DNA of 64,000 nucleotides, taken from positions 128,001 through 192,000 of the forward strand of contig CAWKKR010000011.1 of NCBI GenBank assembly GCA_963850305.1, given 5' to 3'. Position 1 is the stretch's first letter, and every line of letters begins with the position of its first letter. Positions 29,018 to 39,128 of the stretch are shown one piece after another. The position numbers were made by a program, and so were the translations under genes. Under the pieces are notes generated by a model, which was given only the letters and a program-made list of their open reading frames with translations, did not search any database and was not told the origin of the DNA. Source of the DNA: an uncultured delta proteobacterium (GTDB taxonomy: Bacteria > Myxococcota_A > Polyangia > Polyangiales > Polyangiaceae).

Positions 29018-31399
29018 TCAGTTGGTGGTGGGGTAGCTAGGGTACGCGGGAAGCGTGCTGCTCGCGGGCTGGTAGCCCGAATTATCCCGCGAGTAGAACT
29101 GCCCGCCCATATCGAAGGCGCGGATGAGGGCCGTCCGCTCGTCGCGGGTCAACGTCACGCCGACGTCATCGGGATGCATCGTGCGCACGCCGCCACGGAT
29201 GTTCGGGTCGGAGAAGGCAACATTGAGCGGCCACGCCGTCTTCGTCCCGTCGATGGCGCTCGTGATATTGATCTTCTCGATGAGCGCGCTGTGTCGCGCG
29301 TCGCTCGGGACACCCCACATCGGTGGGACGGTCCCCGTCACCTTGGCCCCATCGCCCATCTCCATCGAGAGCGCCGAGGGATAGAAGATCGACACGTATG
29401 ACATCGGATACGTTGCGGTCTTCCTGTCGTACGTGACCGTCACGGGCGTCGCGGTGAGATCGAGGCGCGCGATCTGGTACGTCGAGGTTTTCCCGGTATC
29501 CTGGTCCGTCATCGTGACGGAGTAATGCTCTTGAGGGACGTCCCCGTCGGTCGTGCCATTGTGACATTGCGCACACTTCGCGGTGAGGATGCTCTGGATC
29601 TCCTCGGACGTGCTCCCGAGCGTGCCCTGGCCCGCAACGAGCTGCCACGGGTACTCGGTGCGGTCGGCAATGGGCTTCAGGAACTGCTGAACCTGCGTCG
29701 TCGAGAGCGTCTGTTGCTGCACCGTGGGTGCATTCGGCGCGGTACGGCTTTCGTGACACCCGCCACACACGCGATTTTCGCCAGGCATCCCTTGAATCCA
29801 CGTCGTCTGGCTCCGGATCGCCAGCTCGTACTCGTCGACCGTCTGCAGGTGCATCGGGATGTAGGGCGGCACATCCGCGCGCCACGAACCGTCGGCCAGA
29901 ACCGGCGCTTCCCCGAGGATTGCGGCGCCTTCGGCCATCGTCAGCCCGAACATCGTGACGTTCGGCGCGGCCTCCGTCGAGAAGCCTTCGATGATGCGCA
30001 CCTTGACGGCGGACTTCAACGCCTGATCCATCGGCGTAGCGTCCGCGAACTCGGCGCCGGACACGGTCTCGCCATGGAGCGAAAATAGAGACGTCTGCGA
30101 GACGTCTATCGAGCCAATCAGCATCGGATTCGTCGCGTCCGTGGAGGTCTCCTTGTTGATCCCGAGCGGAGGCTCCGGTCGCGGCGCGACAGGCTGCGCG
30201 TAGAGTTCCCACGTACCGGGCGCGTTGTAAACGAGCTGGTTTTGCAGGGTCGCAGGATCGTAGATGTAGATCCCGAAGTCCGGTGGCGTCTCGGCAAGCT
30301 CGTTGGTGTCGTTGACGGGGCCATCGGCCCACGACACGAGCAAGCGTCCGTCGGGTAGCATGTGCGGCGAACGATAACGCCCGATCGGCGACGGGTCGCT
30401 TCCGAGCGGCACGGCCCCCGTGAGCACCGCGTACGACGCCCGCTCCTCGTCGTGACGGGTGTCGCCCGCCGCGGCTCCGGCGACGCGCGCGTCCACCTTC
30501 ACCAGCGCGCCCGCCTGGATCGTCCGCTCACGATCCGTCGCGACGGCGATGAAGACGTTCATCGTACCCGTCTCGGTCACCTGAACGAGCGAGTTTGCCG
30601 GCTTGCCGTGCTGACCGGCGAGCGCGATGATCTGCGTGCAGTCCGGGTTCATGGCAAAGAGCTTCGAGTCGTTCACGTTCTCGAGGTGCTCCCACCGAGA
30701 GAATCCGACCTGTCCGCTCTGCATCGCGAAGAGATTGAAGACGTTCGACAGATTTTGCGAGCAGAGGACGCGAGCGGAGTCTCCTCCCACTTCGGACATG
30801 ATCGCGACCTGCGTCGCGCGGCGGGTATGGTTGTACTCGTCGGCGCGCGTGCCCATCTCGCCGTACATCTGGTTCGTCACGAAGGCGATACGGTCACCCG
30901 CAAGCCAGATTGGGCCGATGTCGTCCTGGAGGCCACTCGTGAGCGCCTGGATGCCGTAGGGATTGTTGGGGTCCGTGCCCTTCGCGATATTTGCCGTGTA
31001 GACGTGGTAGTGGTCGTTCGGGTCGAGCATCATCGAGAAGACGATCTTCGTCGCGTCGAAGCTCAGGTCCATGCCCTCGACGTCGGCCGTCTTGTACCGA
31101 GCCCCGTCGAGCAAATTGACGACGGCGCCCGTCCGCAGGTTCCTCACTTCAATCCGCGCGCCGGGGTCGTAACGGCCGTAATCCATCACTTGACCCATGC
31201 CGCTCGCGACGTCGACGGTCAGGTTGTCCCCGGTTCCCGTGGTCGTCTGTCGAACGGCATAGACGATCTGTTCGAACCCAGCCTTGTCCGCCAGCGATTG
31301 GTCGGCGGGGCTGTTCGTGCTGCACGCCGTCACCGATGCGGCCATGACGGGCAGCAGCCGGAGCAGGGTCGAAGCGAGCGGAGTTGTTTTGCGGGACAT
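29018..31399 (-). CDS. HzsA-related (hydrazine synthase alpha-like) beta-propeller haem lipoprotein
   Basis: Lipobox VTAC; SFDATKIVFS; FSRWEH; LGEAPVLADGSW...PGENRVCGGCHE; CAQCH; GAGGAGG SD. Confidence 0.8.
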   Translation of the reverse strand: MSRKTTPLASTLLRLLPVMAASVTACSTNSPADQSLADKAGFEQIVYAVRQTTTGTGDNLTVDVASGMGQVMDYGRYDPGARIEVRNLRTGAVVNLLDGARYKTADVEGMDLSFDATKIVFSMMLDPNDHYHVYTANIAKGTDPNNPYGIQALTSGLQDDIGPIWLAGDRIAFVTNQMYGEMGTRADEYNHTRRATQVAIMSEVGGDSARVLCSQNLSNVFNLFAMQSGQVGFSRWEHLENVNDSKLFAMNPDCTQIIALAGQHGKPANSLVQVTETGTMNVFIAVATDRERTIQAGALVKVDARVAGAAAGDTRHDEERASYAVLTGAVPLGSDPSPIGRYRSPHMLPDGRLLVSWADGPVNDTNELAETPPDFGIYIYDPATLQNQLVYNAPGTWELYAQPVAPRPEPPLGINKETSTDATNPMLIGSIDVSQTSLFSLHGETVSGAEFADATPMDQALKSAVKVRIIEGFSTEAAPNVTMFGLTMAEGAAILGEAPVLADGSWRADVPPYIPMHLQTVDEYELAIRSQTTWIQGMPGENRVCGGCHESRTAPNAPTVQQQTLSTTQVQQFLKPIADRTEYPWQLVAGQGTLGSTSEEIQSILTAKCAQCHNGTTDGDVPQEHYSVTMTDQDTGKTSTYQIARLDLTATPVTVTYDRKTATYPMSYVSIFYPSALSMEMGDGAKVTGTVPPMWGVPSDARHSALIEKINITSAIDGTKTAWPLNVAFSDPNIRGGVRTMHPDDVGVTLTRDERTALIRAFDMGGQFYSRDNSGYQPASSTLPAYPSYPTTN

Positions 31400-31437
31400 G
31401 CTGCCTCCTCGAGAGACTCGAAGCCAGCGTGTGCAAG

Positions 31438-31454
31438 AGCACGAGCCGCGCCAA
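31438..31454 (-). promoter_or_regulatory. Sigma54 (-24/-12) promoter candidate TTGGCGCGGCTCGTGCT
   Basis: GG-N10-GC spacing exact, about 40 nt upstream of the ATG at 31399. Confidence 0.55.
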
Positions 31455-31612
31455 CATCAAGCAGCTGAAATCGTTCGGATTCCTCGGGAAGACTGCGGGG
31501 CGCGGCCCCCGACGATGGCGACTTCACGGGGGACGCACACCCCGGCTCAACCTGCAGCCACTCGACCGGGCGCGTTCACGCGGGGGCCGACTCCGGCGCT
31601 ATAAGCTCGCCC

Positions 31613-32272
31613 ATGACCGGGCTCGCCTTCGACGACAAGGGCCTCATTCCCGCGATCGCTCAGGACCGCATTACAGGGCAGGTTCGCATGGTCGCGTGGA
31701 TGAACGCGGCGGCGTTACGGCTCACGCTGGAGACAGGCGACGCGACGTTCTTCAGCCGGTCGCGAGCCGCCCTCTGGGTGAAGGGCCAGACGAGCGGACA
31801 CCGCTTGAAGGTCCACTCGGTGTACGCTGACTGCGACGCGGATACGCTGCTCCTGCTCGTCGATCCGCTGGGTCCCTCCTGCCACACGGGGCGGCCCGCG
31901 TGCTTTTTTCGGCGAATCGGAGCGGATGGGACGATCGTCGACGGGGAACGGGAAGCCTGCACGTTTCTGTTCGAGCTCGAAGCAGAGATTGCCGGGCGCG
32001 TGACGTCGACGGCGGACCGGAGCTACACGAAGTCGCTCCTCGACGGCGGCGCGGAGAAGATCGGCGAGAAACTCCGGGAAGAAGCGACGGAGCTTGCGGT
32101 CTCGCTTGCAAGAGAGACTCCGGAACGGGTGGCGAGCGAAGCCGCCGACCTCCTGTATCACCTGCTGGTGGGCCTGAAGCTCCGCGACGTCCCGCTTCGC
32201 CGGGTTATCGAAGTCCTCGCCGAGCGCTCGCAAATGAGCGGGCTCGAAGAAAAGGCGCGCCGGAAGACGTAG
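31613..32272 (+). CDS. hisIE: Bifunctional phosphoribosyl-AMP cyclohydrolase/phosphoribosyl-ATP diphosphatase
   Basis: DCDAD, CHTG, SYT, KLREEATE, EAADLLYH. Confidence 0.95.
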   Translation: MTGLAFDDKGLIPAIAQDRITGQVRMVAWMNAAALRLTLETGDATFFSRSRAALWVKGQTSGHRLKVHSVYADCDADTLLLLVDPLGPSCHTGRPACFFRRIGADGTIVDGEREACTFLFELEAEIAGRVTSTADRSYTKSLLDGGAEKIGEKLREEATELAVSLARETPERVASEAADLLYHLLVGLKLRDVPLRRVIEVLAERSQMSGLEEKARRKT

Positions 32273-32350
32273 CCCCTCGGCCATAAGTTATCGTAACCTG
32301 GCCTACCCTGGGCGGTGTTCCGCCCCGATCTGCCGAGCGAGCGATTTCCG

Positions 32351-34507
32351 ATGTCGAACGTCCTGGTCTTCGAGAGCGATCCCACGTTTGCCAGCGAATT
32401 GGCGGGGGAGCTGGAAAAGCGAGGGTGCGCCGTCACCGTGGTGGACGACGCCAGCGTCGGCCTTCAAACGGCAGCGACGAACAAGCCCGACTTGATTCTG
32501 CTGACCATCGAGCTGCCACGAATGAATGGCTTTTCGGTGTGCAACAAGCTGAAGCGCGACCCGGCCCTGAAAGAGGTGCCGCTCATCATCATGAGCAGCG
32601 ATTCGACGGAGGAGACGTTCGAGCAGCACCGTCGACTCCGGACGCATGCCGAAGACTACGTCCACAAGCCGATTGCGTTCGCCGAGCTCTTGCCGCGCAT
32701 CACGACATACGTCGCCCTGGAAAGCGCGGCGGCCGAACCAGCCGGCGAAGACATCGTCATCGACGACGACATCGATTTCGAAGAAGAGACGGCCGTACCC
32801 GAGTCCACCGCAGCGCCGGTTTCATCGGCACAAGTGGACGAAGAGGTGGACGCATTCACCGAATCCGCGTTCGGCTCGATGGTGGACAAGACGCCGCCGC
32901 CGGCAAAGCCCGACGAACCCGTACCCGAGCCATCGATCCCGGCGCAGTCTGCGCCGCCATCCACGGTGGATCTGGAGGCCTTCGACCTCGAAGCCGAACC
33001 GCCGCCGTCGAAGGGTGCGCCCGCCGAGATTGCCCCCGAAGCGCCTTCGCCGCCCGCACAACCCGCGCCGCCTCCGGGCGCGGAGCTCGTCGCCAAACCG
33101 CCCGCGTCGATTCCTCCACGCCCGCGTTCGGAGAGCATCGATCAAGCGCTCAAGGACCAGCTCGCACAGAAGACAGAGAAGCTTCGCGAGCTCGAGAAGG
33201 ACCTGCGCGAAGCGCGGTCGCAGCTCTCTGACCTCGAGGATCAAGCGAAGCGCGCTGCCTCGAAGGATTCCGAGGTGCAACGCCTGCAACGCGAACTCGA
33301 CGACGCGAAGGCGAAGGCGGCAAGCGGTGGCAAAGGCGGCGGCTCGGCTCGAGAGTTTCTCGACCTCCGGGAAGCGCTCAACAAGAAGGACAAGGAGCTC
33401 CTCGATCTTCGAGATCAGCTCACGCACAAGGAGAAGGACCTTCTTGGTCTGCGCGACACGAATCTCGCTGCAGAGCGCGAGAAGGCGGACCTTGGCGATC
33501 GTATCGTCGACCTCGAGAAGATGCTGGCGGACGTCGGTCGCCAGCTCGACGGCGCGAAGGCGGACAAGGAGCAGGCCAGCAAGCGCGCGGACGACTTCAA
33601 GCGGAAGAGCGAGAAGCTACAATCCGAACTCGACGCGAAGACCTCCGAGCTGGCGGACACGAAGCTAAGGTTCGAATCGGATGTGGCGGCCCGCGACGCC
33701 CGCGAAGCCGCGCTCGTCGCGGATCATCAGGAAGCCCTGGAGCGCGCCGAAGAGGCGAAGAACGCTGCCGTCGCCGCCGCGATGGAACAGGCTGCGACTG
33801 CCACTCGGGCAGAGGCCGACGCGGAGAAGGAAGCCGCCCTGGCGGAGTCCGCTACGCGAGCGACCCGGGAGCGCGAGCAGGCCATCGCGTCTCGCGAGGC
33901 CGAGCTGAAGCGCGAGCATGATTCCAAGCTGGCCGCGCTCCATCGAGCCAACGAGGATGCGATGGGCAAGCTCCGCGCAGAGCACGCTCAAATCCTCTCC
34001 GACGCGGAGAAGGCCGCCAGCGCACGCCTGTCCGAGGCCGAGCTTGCAGCAGAGACCCGGGCGAACGCTCAAGAGGAGAAACTCATCGCAGCCCACGAAG
34101 CCGTCGTCGCCGAGCATCGCACGGCCCACGCCGCAACGCTGGCGGAGCTGGCGAGCACGACGACCGCTCTCGAGAAGCTCACGGAGGAAAAGGCCCAGGC
34201 AGAAGTCAGCCGCGACGCGCGTATCGCCGCCCTGGAAGGCGACCTCGCCGACCACGGTCAGCGGCTCGCTGCCACGACGAGTAGCCTGGAAGCACGCGAC
34301 GCGACGCTCGCCGGAGCAGAAGCGAACCTCGCGGCGACGAAGCAGGAGCTCGTGGAGGCCCGCGCCGACCTCGCCGCGGAACGAGCCAAGAACGAAAAGG
34401 CGCGGGCCAAGTGGACCGACGACAAATCTTCCCTGGAGCGAGCGAAGGATGCGCTCGCGGCGGCGCTGGCGCAGCTCGATGAAGTCGAGGGACGACCGAT
34501 CGAGTGA
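32351..34507 (+). CDS. Receiver-like domain plus long coiled coil (AglZ/FrzS-like architecture)
   Basis: REC fold with LTIELPRMNGF; acidic Pro linker; heptad-rich C-terminal ~450 aa. Confidence 0.8.
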   Translation: MSNVLVFESDPTFASELAGELEKRGCAVTVVDDASVGLQTAATNKPDLILLTIELPRMNGFSVCNKLKRDPALKEVPLIIMSSDSTEETFEQHRRLRTHAEDYVHKPIAFAELLPRITTYVALESAAAEPAGEDIVIDDDIDFEEETAVPESTAAPVSSAQVDEEVDAFTESAFGSMVDKTPPPAKPDEPVPEPSIPAQSAPPSTVDLEAFDLEAEPPPSKGAPAEIAPEAPSPPAQPAPPPGAELVAKPPASIPPRPRSESIDQALKDQLAQKTEKLRELEKDLREARSQLSDLEDQAKRAASKDSEVQRLQRELDDAKAKAASGGKGGGSAREFLDLREALNKKDKELLDLRDQLTHKEKDLLGLRDTNLAAEREKADLGDRIVDLEKMLADVGRQLDGAKADKEQASKRADDFKRKSEKLQSELDAKTSELADTKLRFESDVAARDAREAALVADHQEALERAEEAKNAAVAAAMEQAATATRAEADAEKEAALAESATRATREREQAIASREAELKREHDSKLAALHRANEDAMGKLRAEHAQILSDAEKAASARLSEAELAAETRANAQEEKLIAAHEAVVAEHRTAHAATLAELASTTTALEKLTEEKAQAEVSRDARIAALEGDLADHGQRLAATTSSLEARDATLAGAEANLAATKQELVEARADLAAERAKNEKARAKWTDDKSSLERAKDALAAALAQLDEVEGRPIE

Positions 34508-34532
34508 ACCGTGCGAGGTGTTCCCGTAGAGC

Positions 34533-34961
34533 TCAGGCTTTGCGTGCGAACACGAACGGGTCGGGCAAAAGAACGTCCAGGGTGGTGTGCTTCGTACGAG
34601 TCGGCGTCGCGCTCACGACCCTGGCGCCTCGACCAAATTCCGCAATGACCTGTCGACAGATGCCGCAGGGCATGGCCGGCTCGGGTGCCTCGACGTAAAT
34701 GACGACGCTCACGAGCTCCTTGTCGCCACTTGCGATCATCTGGGCAATCGCGGCTCGCTCGGCGCACAGCGTCGCGCCGAAGCTTGCGTTCTCGATATTG
34801 CAACCGACGTAGATTTGCCCCGACGCGGAAAGCACTGCAGCGCCCACCCGAAATCCGGAATGGGGCGCGTACGCCTTGTCGCGAACGGCGCGGGCGGATT
34901 CGATCAGTGCCTCGGTCAGCTCGTCTTCCAAGAGCTCACCCTTCCGTGGCCATCGCCGCAC
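34533..34961 (-). CDS. cdd: Cytidine deaminase
   Basis: AYAPHSGFRVGAA, NIENAS, CAER, PCGICRQ; true start may be slightly downstream. Confidence 0.92.
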   Translation of the reverse strand: MRRWPRKGELLEDELTEALIESARAVRDKAYAPHSGFRVGAAVLSASGQIYVGCNIENASFGATLCAERAAIAQMIASGDKELVSVVIYVEAPEPAMPCGICRQVIAEFGRGARVVSATPTRTKHTTLDVLLPDPFVFARKA

Positions 34962-35769
34962 ACCCGAGGACCCATTCGCGAAGAAACGCTTCGAAATCCC
35001 GCTGCGCGCGCTGCGCGGCAGACTGAACGCTTGCGTGATCGAGGTACCCTCTCGAAAGTCCTGCAGCGAGGTTCGTGATGCAGCTCACGGCTGCCACTCG
35101 AACGCCAGCGTGGCGAAGCGCTATGGTCTCGAGGACGGTACTCATGCCGACGGCGTCGGCGCCTAGCGTACGCAGCATCCGGACCTCGGCGGGCGTTTCG
35201 TAGCTCGGGCCGACCAGACCGGCATAGACTCCTTCATGCAGGACGACTTTCGCTCGCGCGGCGGCAGCTCGCGCGGCGGCGCAAAGCTCTTCGTCGTAGG
35301 CGTGGGTGAGATCGACGAAGGGCTCGGCGATGCCTTCCAGAGGATTGCGGCCGGTCAGATTCAGGTGATCCGTGACGAGCAGGAAGGAACCGGGCGAGAG
35401 CCCTTCCCGGATCCCGCCGGCTGCATTCGTGAGCAGCACCGACCGACAGCCGAGCGCGGCGAGTACGCGGCATGCGAAAACCACGTCCTTCACGGCGTGC
35501 CCTTCGTACAGGTGAACACGTCCTTGCAAGCACGCGAGCCGCACGCCTCCGATGGCACCGAAGCACAGACCGCCGGAGTGTCCCGCAACGGTGGGCGAGC
35601 GAAAGTGCGGGATCGAGGACACGGGCACCCGCACGAGCGCGTCGAGACGATCGGCGAATGCTCCCAGTCCGGACCCCAGAACGACGCCCATCGCGGCGCG
35701 CGGCACCCCGGACTCGCGCAGCGCCACGACGGCATCGGACACGCGGGCATCGGCTACCACTTCCGTCAT
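34936..35769 (-). CDS. punA: Purine-nucleoside phosphorylase (trimeric type)
   Basis: LGSGLG, GRVHLYEG, TNAAGG, GPSYETPAE, VGMST. Confidence 0.92.
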   Translation of the reverse strand: MTEVVADARVSDAVVALRESGVPRAAMGVVLGSGLGAFADRLDALVRVPVSSIPHFRSPTVAGHSGGLCFGAIGGVRLACLQGRVHLYEGHAVKDVVFACRVLAALGCRSVLLTNAAGGIREGLSPGSFLLVTDHLNLTGRNPLEGIAEPFVDLTHAYDEELCAAARAAAARAKVVLHEGVYAGLVGPSYETPAEVRMLRTLGADAVGMSTVLETIALRHAGVRVAAVSCITNLAAGLSRGYLDHASVQSAAQRAQRDFEAFLREWVLGCAAMATEG

Positions 35770-35906
35770 CTGGTACCTCACCCTGCGATCGCGAGCGCCG
35801 GGTGCAAAGGTGCTTAAAGGGCCGAGGCCCGCTCGAGCAAGCTGTGCTAGGGTCCGCCACCAGTCGCGCGCAAGACACGGCGCATTCGTTCAGCGGCCCA
35901 AGAACC

Positions 35907-36236
35907 ATGGCATCGAAGTTTTCAGAGTTCCTTCAGACCCATAAAATCGACGTTCGGCGACTCGTTATCGCCTCCCAGCGGAGCGAGAAGCTCCAGCCGG
36001 AGGACCGCGCCGTCAAGCTGCGGAAACGGCTGGCGAAATCCAAAGAGGGTGGAGCTGTGGCCGAAGGCGAGAGCAAGAAACCGCGTTCGGGTCGGCCCGT
36101 GACGGTCCAGCTCCTCCGCAAAGCAACCGAGGGGAAGCCGGTGACGGGCGCGGCGAAAACGCGCCTCCTCCGCGCGGTGAATCTGATCCTCGAGCAGAAG
36201 AAGCAAGCGACCGTCGACCTGCGGAAGCTCTTCTGA
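35907..36236 (+). CDS. Small basic hypothetical protein (109 aa)
   Basis: MASKFSEFL...DLRKLF; Lys/Arg-rich; good codon use. Confidence 0.7.
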   Translation: MASKFSEFLQTHKIDVRRLVIASQRSEKLQPEDRAVKLRKRLAKSKEGGAVAEGESKKPRSGRPVTVQLLRKATEGKPVTGAAKTRLLRAVNLILEQKKQATVDLRKLF

Positions 36237-36410
36237 CGCGGCTCGTCGCACGGGTCGAATCCCGTCTCGAAACGATGATTTGAAAACTGCCGCACTCGTC
36301 TGCATCGAAGAGAAACGATGCCGGACGTCTTGGCGCTCGAGCGGTGGGCCTCGGTGGCTCCTGCGGTTTCGCGGGAGCACCAGTCGACTCGGCCGGCTAA
36401 GATCGGGGCC

Positions 36411-37028
36411 GTGAACGATTCGTCGCTGCTCGTATCGCTCTGCCGCGACGGTGATGCGGCGGCGTTCCGCGAGCTGTTCCGCGAGCACCGGCAGGACGTC
36501 GCGCGCCTGATCTACCGAATGACGGGGACCTCGCGCGATCTCGAGGATCTCGTTCAGGAGGTGTTCCTGCAGGTGCATCGGAGCATCCCGGACTTCCGCG
36601 GCGAGGCGCGCTTTTCGACGTGGCTCTACCGGCTCACCGTCAACGTCGTTCTGATGCAACGACGCTCGTCGAAGAGCCGCCCGCAGCTCGTCGCGGAGGG
36701 CGTCACTGCGCCGCCGAGAGATCCCCTTTTGCTTCCCGACGAGCAGGTGGCACGCGGGCGTCGCATCGCGGCCTTCTACCGGGTGCTCGAGCGCCTGAGC
36801 GAAAAGAAGCGCACGGTTTTCGTGCTGCACGAGCTCGAGGGGCTCGCCCCGTCGGAAATTTCGAAAATAGTGCGCGCGCCCGTTCTGACGGTGAGGACGC
36901 GTCTGTTCTACGCGCGCCGCGAGCTGGCGCAGTTATCGAGAGAAGAGCCCTCACTCGCGGACGTCCGATCCGATCCGACCACTGAAGCGGACATTTCTGC
37001 GGACAGCGTTCCCGAAAGGATCACGTGA
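36411..37028 (+). CDS. ECF RNA polymerase sigma factor
   Basis: DLVQEVF, FSTWLYR, region 4 VRTRLFYAR. Confidence 0.9.
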   Translation: MNDSSLLVSLCRDGDAAAFRELFREHRQDVARLIYRMTGTSRDLEDLVQEVFLQVHRSIPDFRGEARFSTWLYRLTVNVVLMQRRSSKSRPQLVAEGVTAPPRDPLLLPDEQVARGRRIAAFYRVLERLSEKKRTVFVLHELEGLAPSEISKIVRAPVLTVRTRLFYARRELAQLSREEPSLADVRSDPTTEADISADSVPERIT

Positions 37029-38110
37029 ACCGCAACGAGCGAGCCGCGACCGCGATCTCGGAGATTGCATCGGAGATCCGACGTCAGGTTCCCCCCGAGC
37101 TCGACTGGGTCCGCGTGGAAACGGCGCTGTTTGCGCACACCGGAAGAGCGCCGGCCTCTCGACCGAAGCCGTCGCGATGGCCGTTTGGCTTGGCGTTCGC
37201 CGCGACGCTCGGAGTCGCGGTTTTCGGCGTGGCCCTCGCGTGGCGTCATCCGGCGCCGGTTCGCGCCGCGAACCGACCGTCGAGCCCGGCCGCCGTGGAG
37301 AGCGTCAACACCCTGGACGGCGACTCGCTGGCGATCGGCGCGACCATTCTCGCAAGCACGGGCCCGCTTCGAATCGAGCATCGCGGCCACGCGACGTGGA
37401 CGCTCGATGGCGACAGCGAGGCGCACCTCGAGTCACTCGGCGATGTCGTCACCGTCGTACTCGATCGCGGCGCGTTGTCGGCGCGGGTCGTGAAGAGTCC
37501 GCGGCCGGAGTCGTTCGTCGTGCGGGTCGAGAAGACGCGGATCGCCGTTCACGGGACGGCATTCCGCGTGGAACGCCTCGGTTCCACCGTGCGAATCGCG
37601 GTAACGGAGGGCGTCGTGGGCGTCGGCCCCATCGGGCAAGCTCCGTTCGAGCTTCCAGCGCCATCGAAGGCGACGGTCACGCTGGACGGGATCCGGGTGG
37701 ACCAGGCGGGAGCCTCCAGACGACCCGCGGTTCAGGACGGACCGCACCCCGCCACGGAGGACGGGCGCGGAGTCCCCCCGCCAGCCGCGGGAACGACCGA
37801 GGAGGAGGCGACGGCTACGACGGCAGCGGGCACCCCCGCCGGAGTCGCCCGCATGAGCGTCGATCGCGTCGAGTCGGTCGTTCGGGAATGCTTCGCCAAA
37901 CACACGATGTCTCGGGGCGATCTTCGGATCACACTTCGCACGTCGATGTCACTGCGCGCCAGTTCGACCGGCAAGATTATCGAGGCTGCATTCGATCCGC
38001 CGCTCGCCGATGGTGTGCGAACCTGTGTCGACGTCGGCGTCAGGCAGATTCATCTTGCATCGCCGAGTGGCGGCCTCTCGGTGGAACGAGTCCTGGAACT
38101 CGAGCGCTAA
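37025..38110 (+). CDS. FecR-domain anti-sigma factor
   Basis: GTGA overlap with sigma gene; TM; VHGTAFRV and VTEGVV FecR motifs. Confidence 0.8.
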   Translation: MNRNERAATAISEIASEIRRQVPPELDWVRVETALFAHTGRAPASRPKPSRWPFGLAFAATLGVAVFGVALAWRHPAPVRAANRPSSPAAVESVNTLDGDSLAIGATILASTGPLRIEHRGHATWTLDGDSEAHLESLGDVVTVVLDRGALSARVVKSPRPESFVVRVEKTRIAVHGTAFRVERLGSTVRIAVTEGVVGVGPIGQAPFELPAPSKATVTLDGIRVDQAGASRRPAVQDGPHPATEDGRGVPPPAAGTTEEEATATTAAGTPAGVARMSVDRVESVVRECFAKHTMSRGDLRITLRTSMSLRASSTGKIIEAAFDPPLADGVRTCVDVGVRQIHLASPSGGLSVERVLELER

Positions 38111-38140
38111 GCGGGAGCCGCGCCGCAGGCTCGTGACCCC

Positions 38141-38542
38141 TCACTCCTCCCGGCGGAGGATGATGCTGCGCCGCTCGTCCAGGTGCCACTTCAGGTAGCG
38201 ATCCCCGTCGAGAGAGAGACGAGTTTGCGTCGTAGATCCCTTGTCGTCGCGCACGGCGAGCAGGAAATCGCCGTCGTGCGCCGACTGGATGTCGTAGCGC
38301 CCCTTCCGCGGGTCTTCCGCGGGAATCGCGACGGTCAGCGCTGAGCCGGAAAATTCGAGGCTGGCGCCCCGCGCCCATCCGGTCGCGACGGCGACGTCCG
38401 CGGGGTCGAAATTCTCGACGCTGTCGCCGAACCACCTGCCCTGGAGTGCACGTTCGGCCGGGTGCGCGCAGCCGGCCAGGAAGGTTGTGCCGAGCAGCAG
38501 GAGGCCGACAGCGGATCGCTTTGCGTGGTTAGAACGTCGCAT
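38141..38542 (-). CDS. Hypothetical lipoprotein
   Basis: Lipobox LAGC; LQGRW lipocalin-like start. Confidence 0.65.
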   Translation of the reverse strand: MRRSNHAKRSAVGLLLLGTTFLAGCAHPAERALQGRWFGDSVENFDPADVAVATGWARGASLEFSGSALTVAIPAEDPRKGRYDIQSAHDGDFLLAVRDDKGSTTQTRLSLDGDRYLKWHLDERRSIILRREE

Positions 38543-38596
38543 TTTCTTCGCCTGGAATGGTAAGCGACACACCTACATGTGCGCCACATTTCGCAC

Positions 38597-39043
38597 ATGA
38601 CGATTCGCCAGGAGTTCGCCCGTCCGATGAGGCTGGGACATGGTGGGGCCGTGCTCGGATTGCATTGGGTTGCCGACGCCGCTGGCTGCGATCCCGATCG
38701 ATTGTCGCGAGAGGGCGTTCAAGAAGCGCTTATCGATCTCCCGATCCGGCTTGGGCTCATACCTCTCGGACGCCCTTCGCTTTCGGAGGATCGCGTCGGC
38801 GGAGCCACGGCCATCGCCGGCGTGGTGCTGCTCGGAGAGAGTCACGCCAGCTGCCATTCGTTCCCCGACGACGGCGCGCTTCACCTGGATCTGTTCTCGT
38901 GCAAGCCGTTCGACGTCGAGACTGCCAGACGGTACGTGCTGAGACACTTCGGGGCCGCAGAGCTCCGCGACAGTGTGCTCCGGCGCGGCGTGGCGGAGAG
39001 CCGCCACCACGCGGCTCCGGCGTTGATCCGGCGCGTCCGCTGA
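38597..39043 (+). CDS. speD: S-adenosylmethionine decarboxylase proenzyme family
   Basis: LLGESHASCHSFP pyruvoyl cleavage site; DLFSCKPFD. Confidence 0.8.
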   Translation: MTIRQEFARPMRLGHGGAVLGLHWVADAAGCDPDRLSREGVQEALIDLPIRLGLIPLGRPSLSEDRVGGATAIAGVVLLGESHASCHSFPDDGALHLDLFSCKPFDVETARRYVLRHFGAAELRDSVLRRGVAESRHHAAPALIRRVR

Positions 39044-39128
39044 CCCGGAGGTCCCCGGGGCCACCCGACTCCGGCTGCCGCTCTTATCTCGCGCGCCCAT
39101 TGTCGCTGAAGCGCTGACGCCGGCGCGG

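Noticed and set aside
24869..31399. Anammox hydrazine synthase
   Set aside because: No hzsB/hzsC or other anammox genes; host context is myxobacterial
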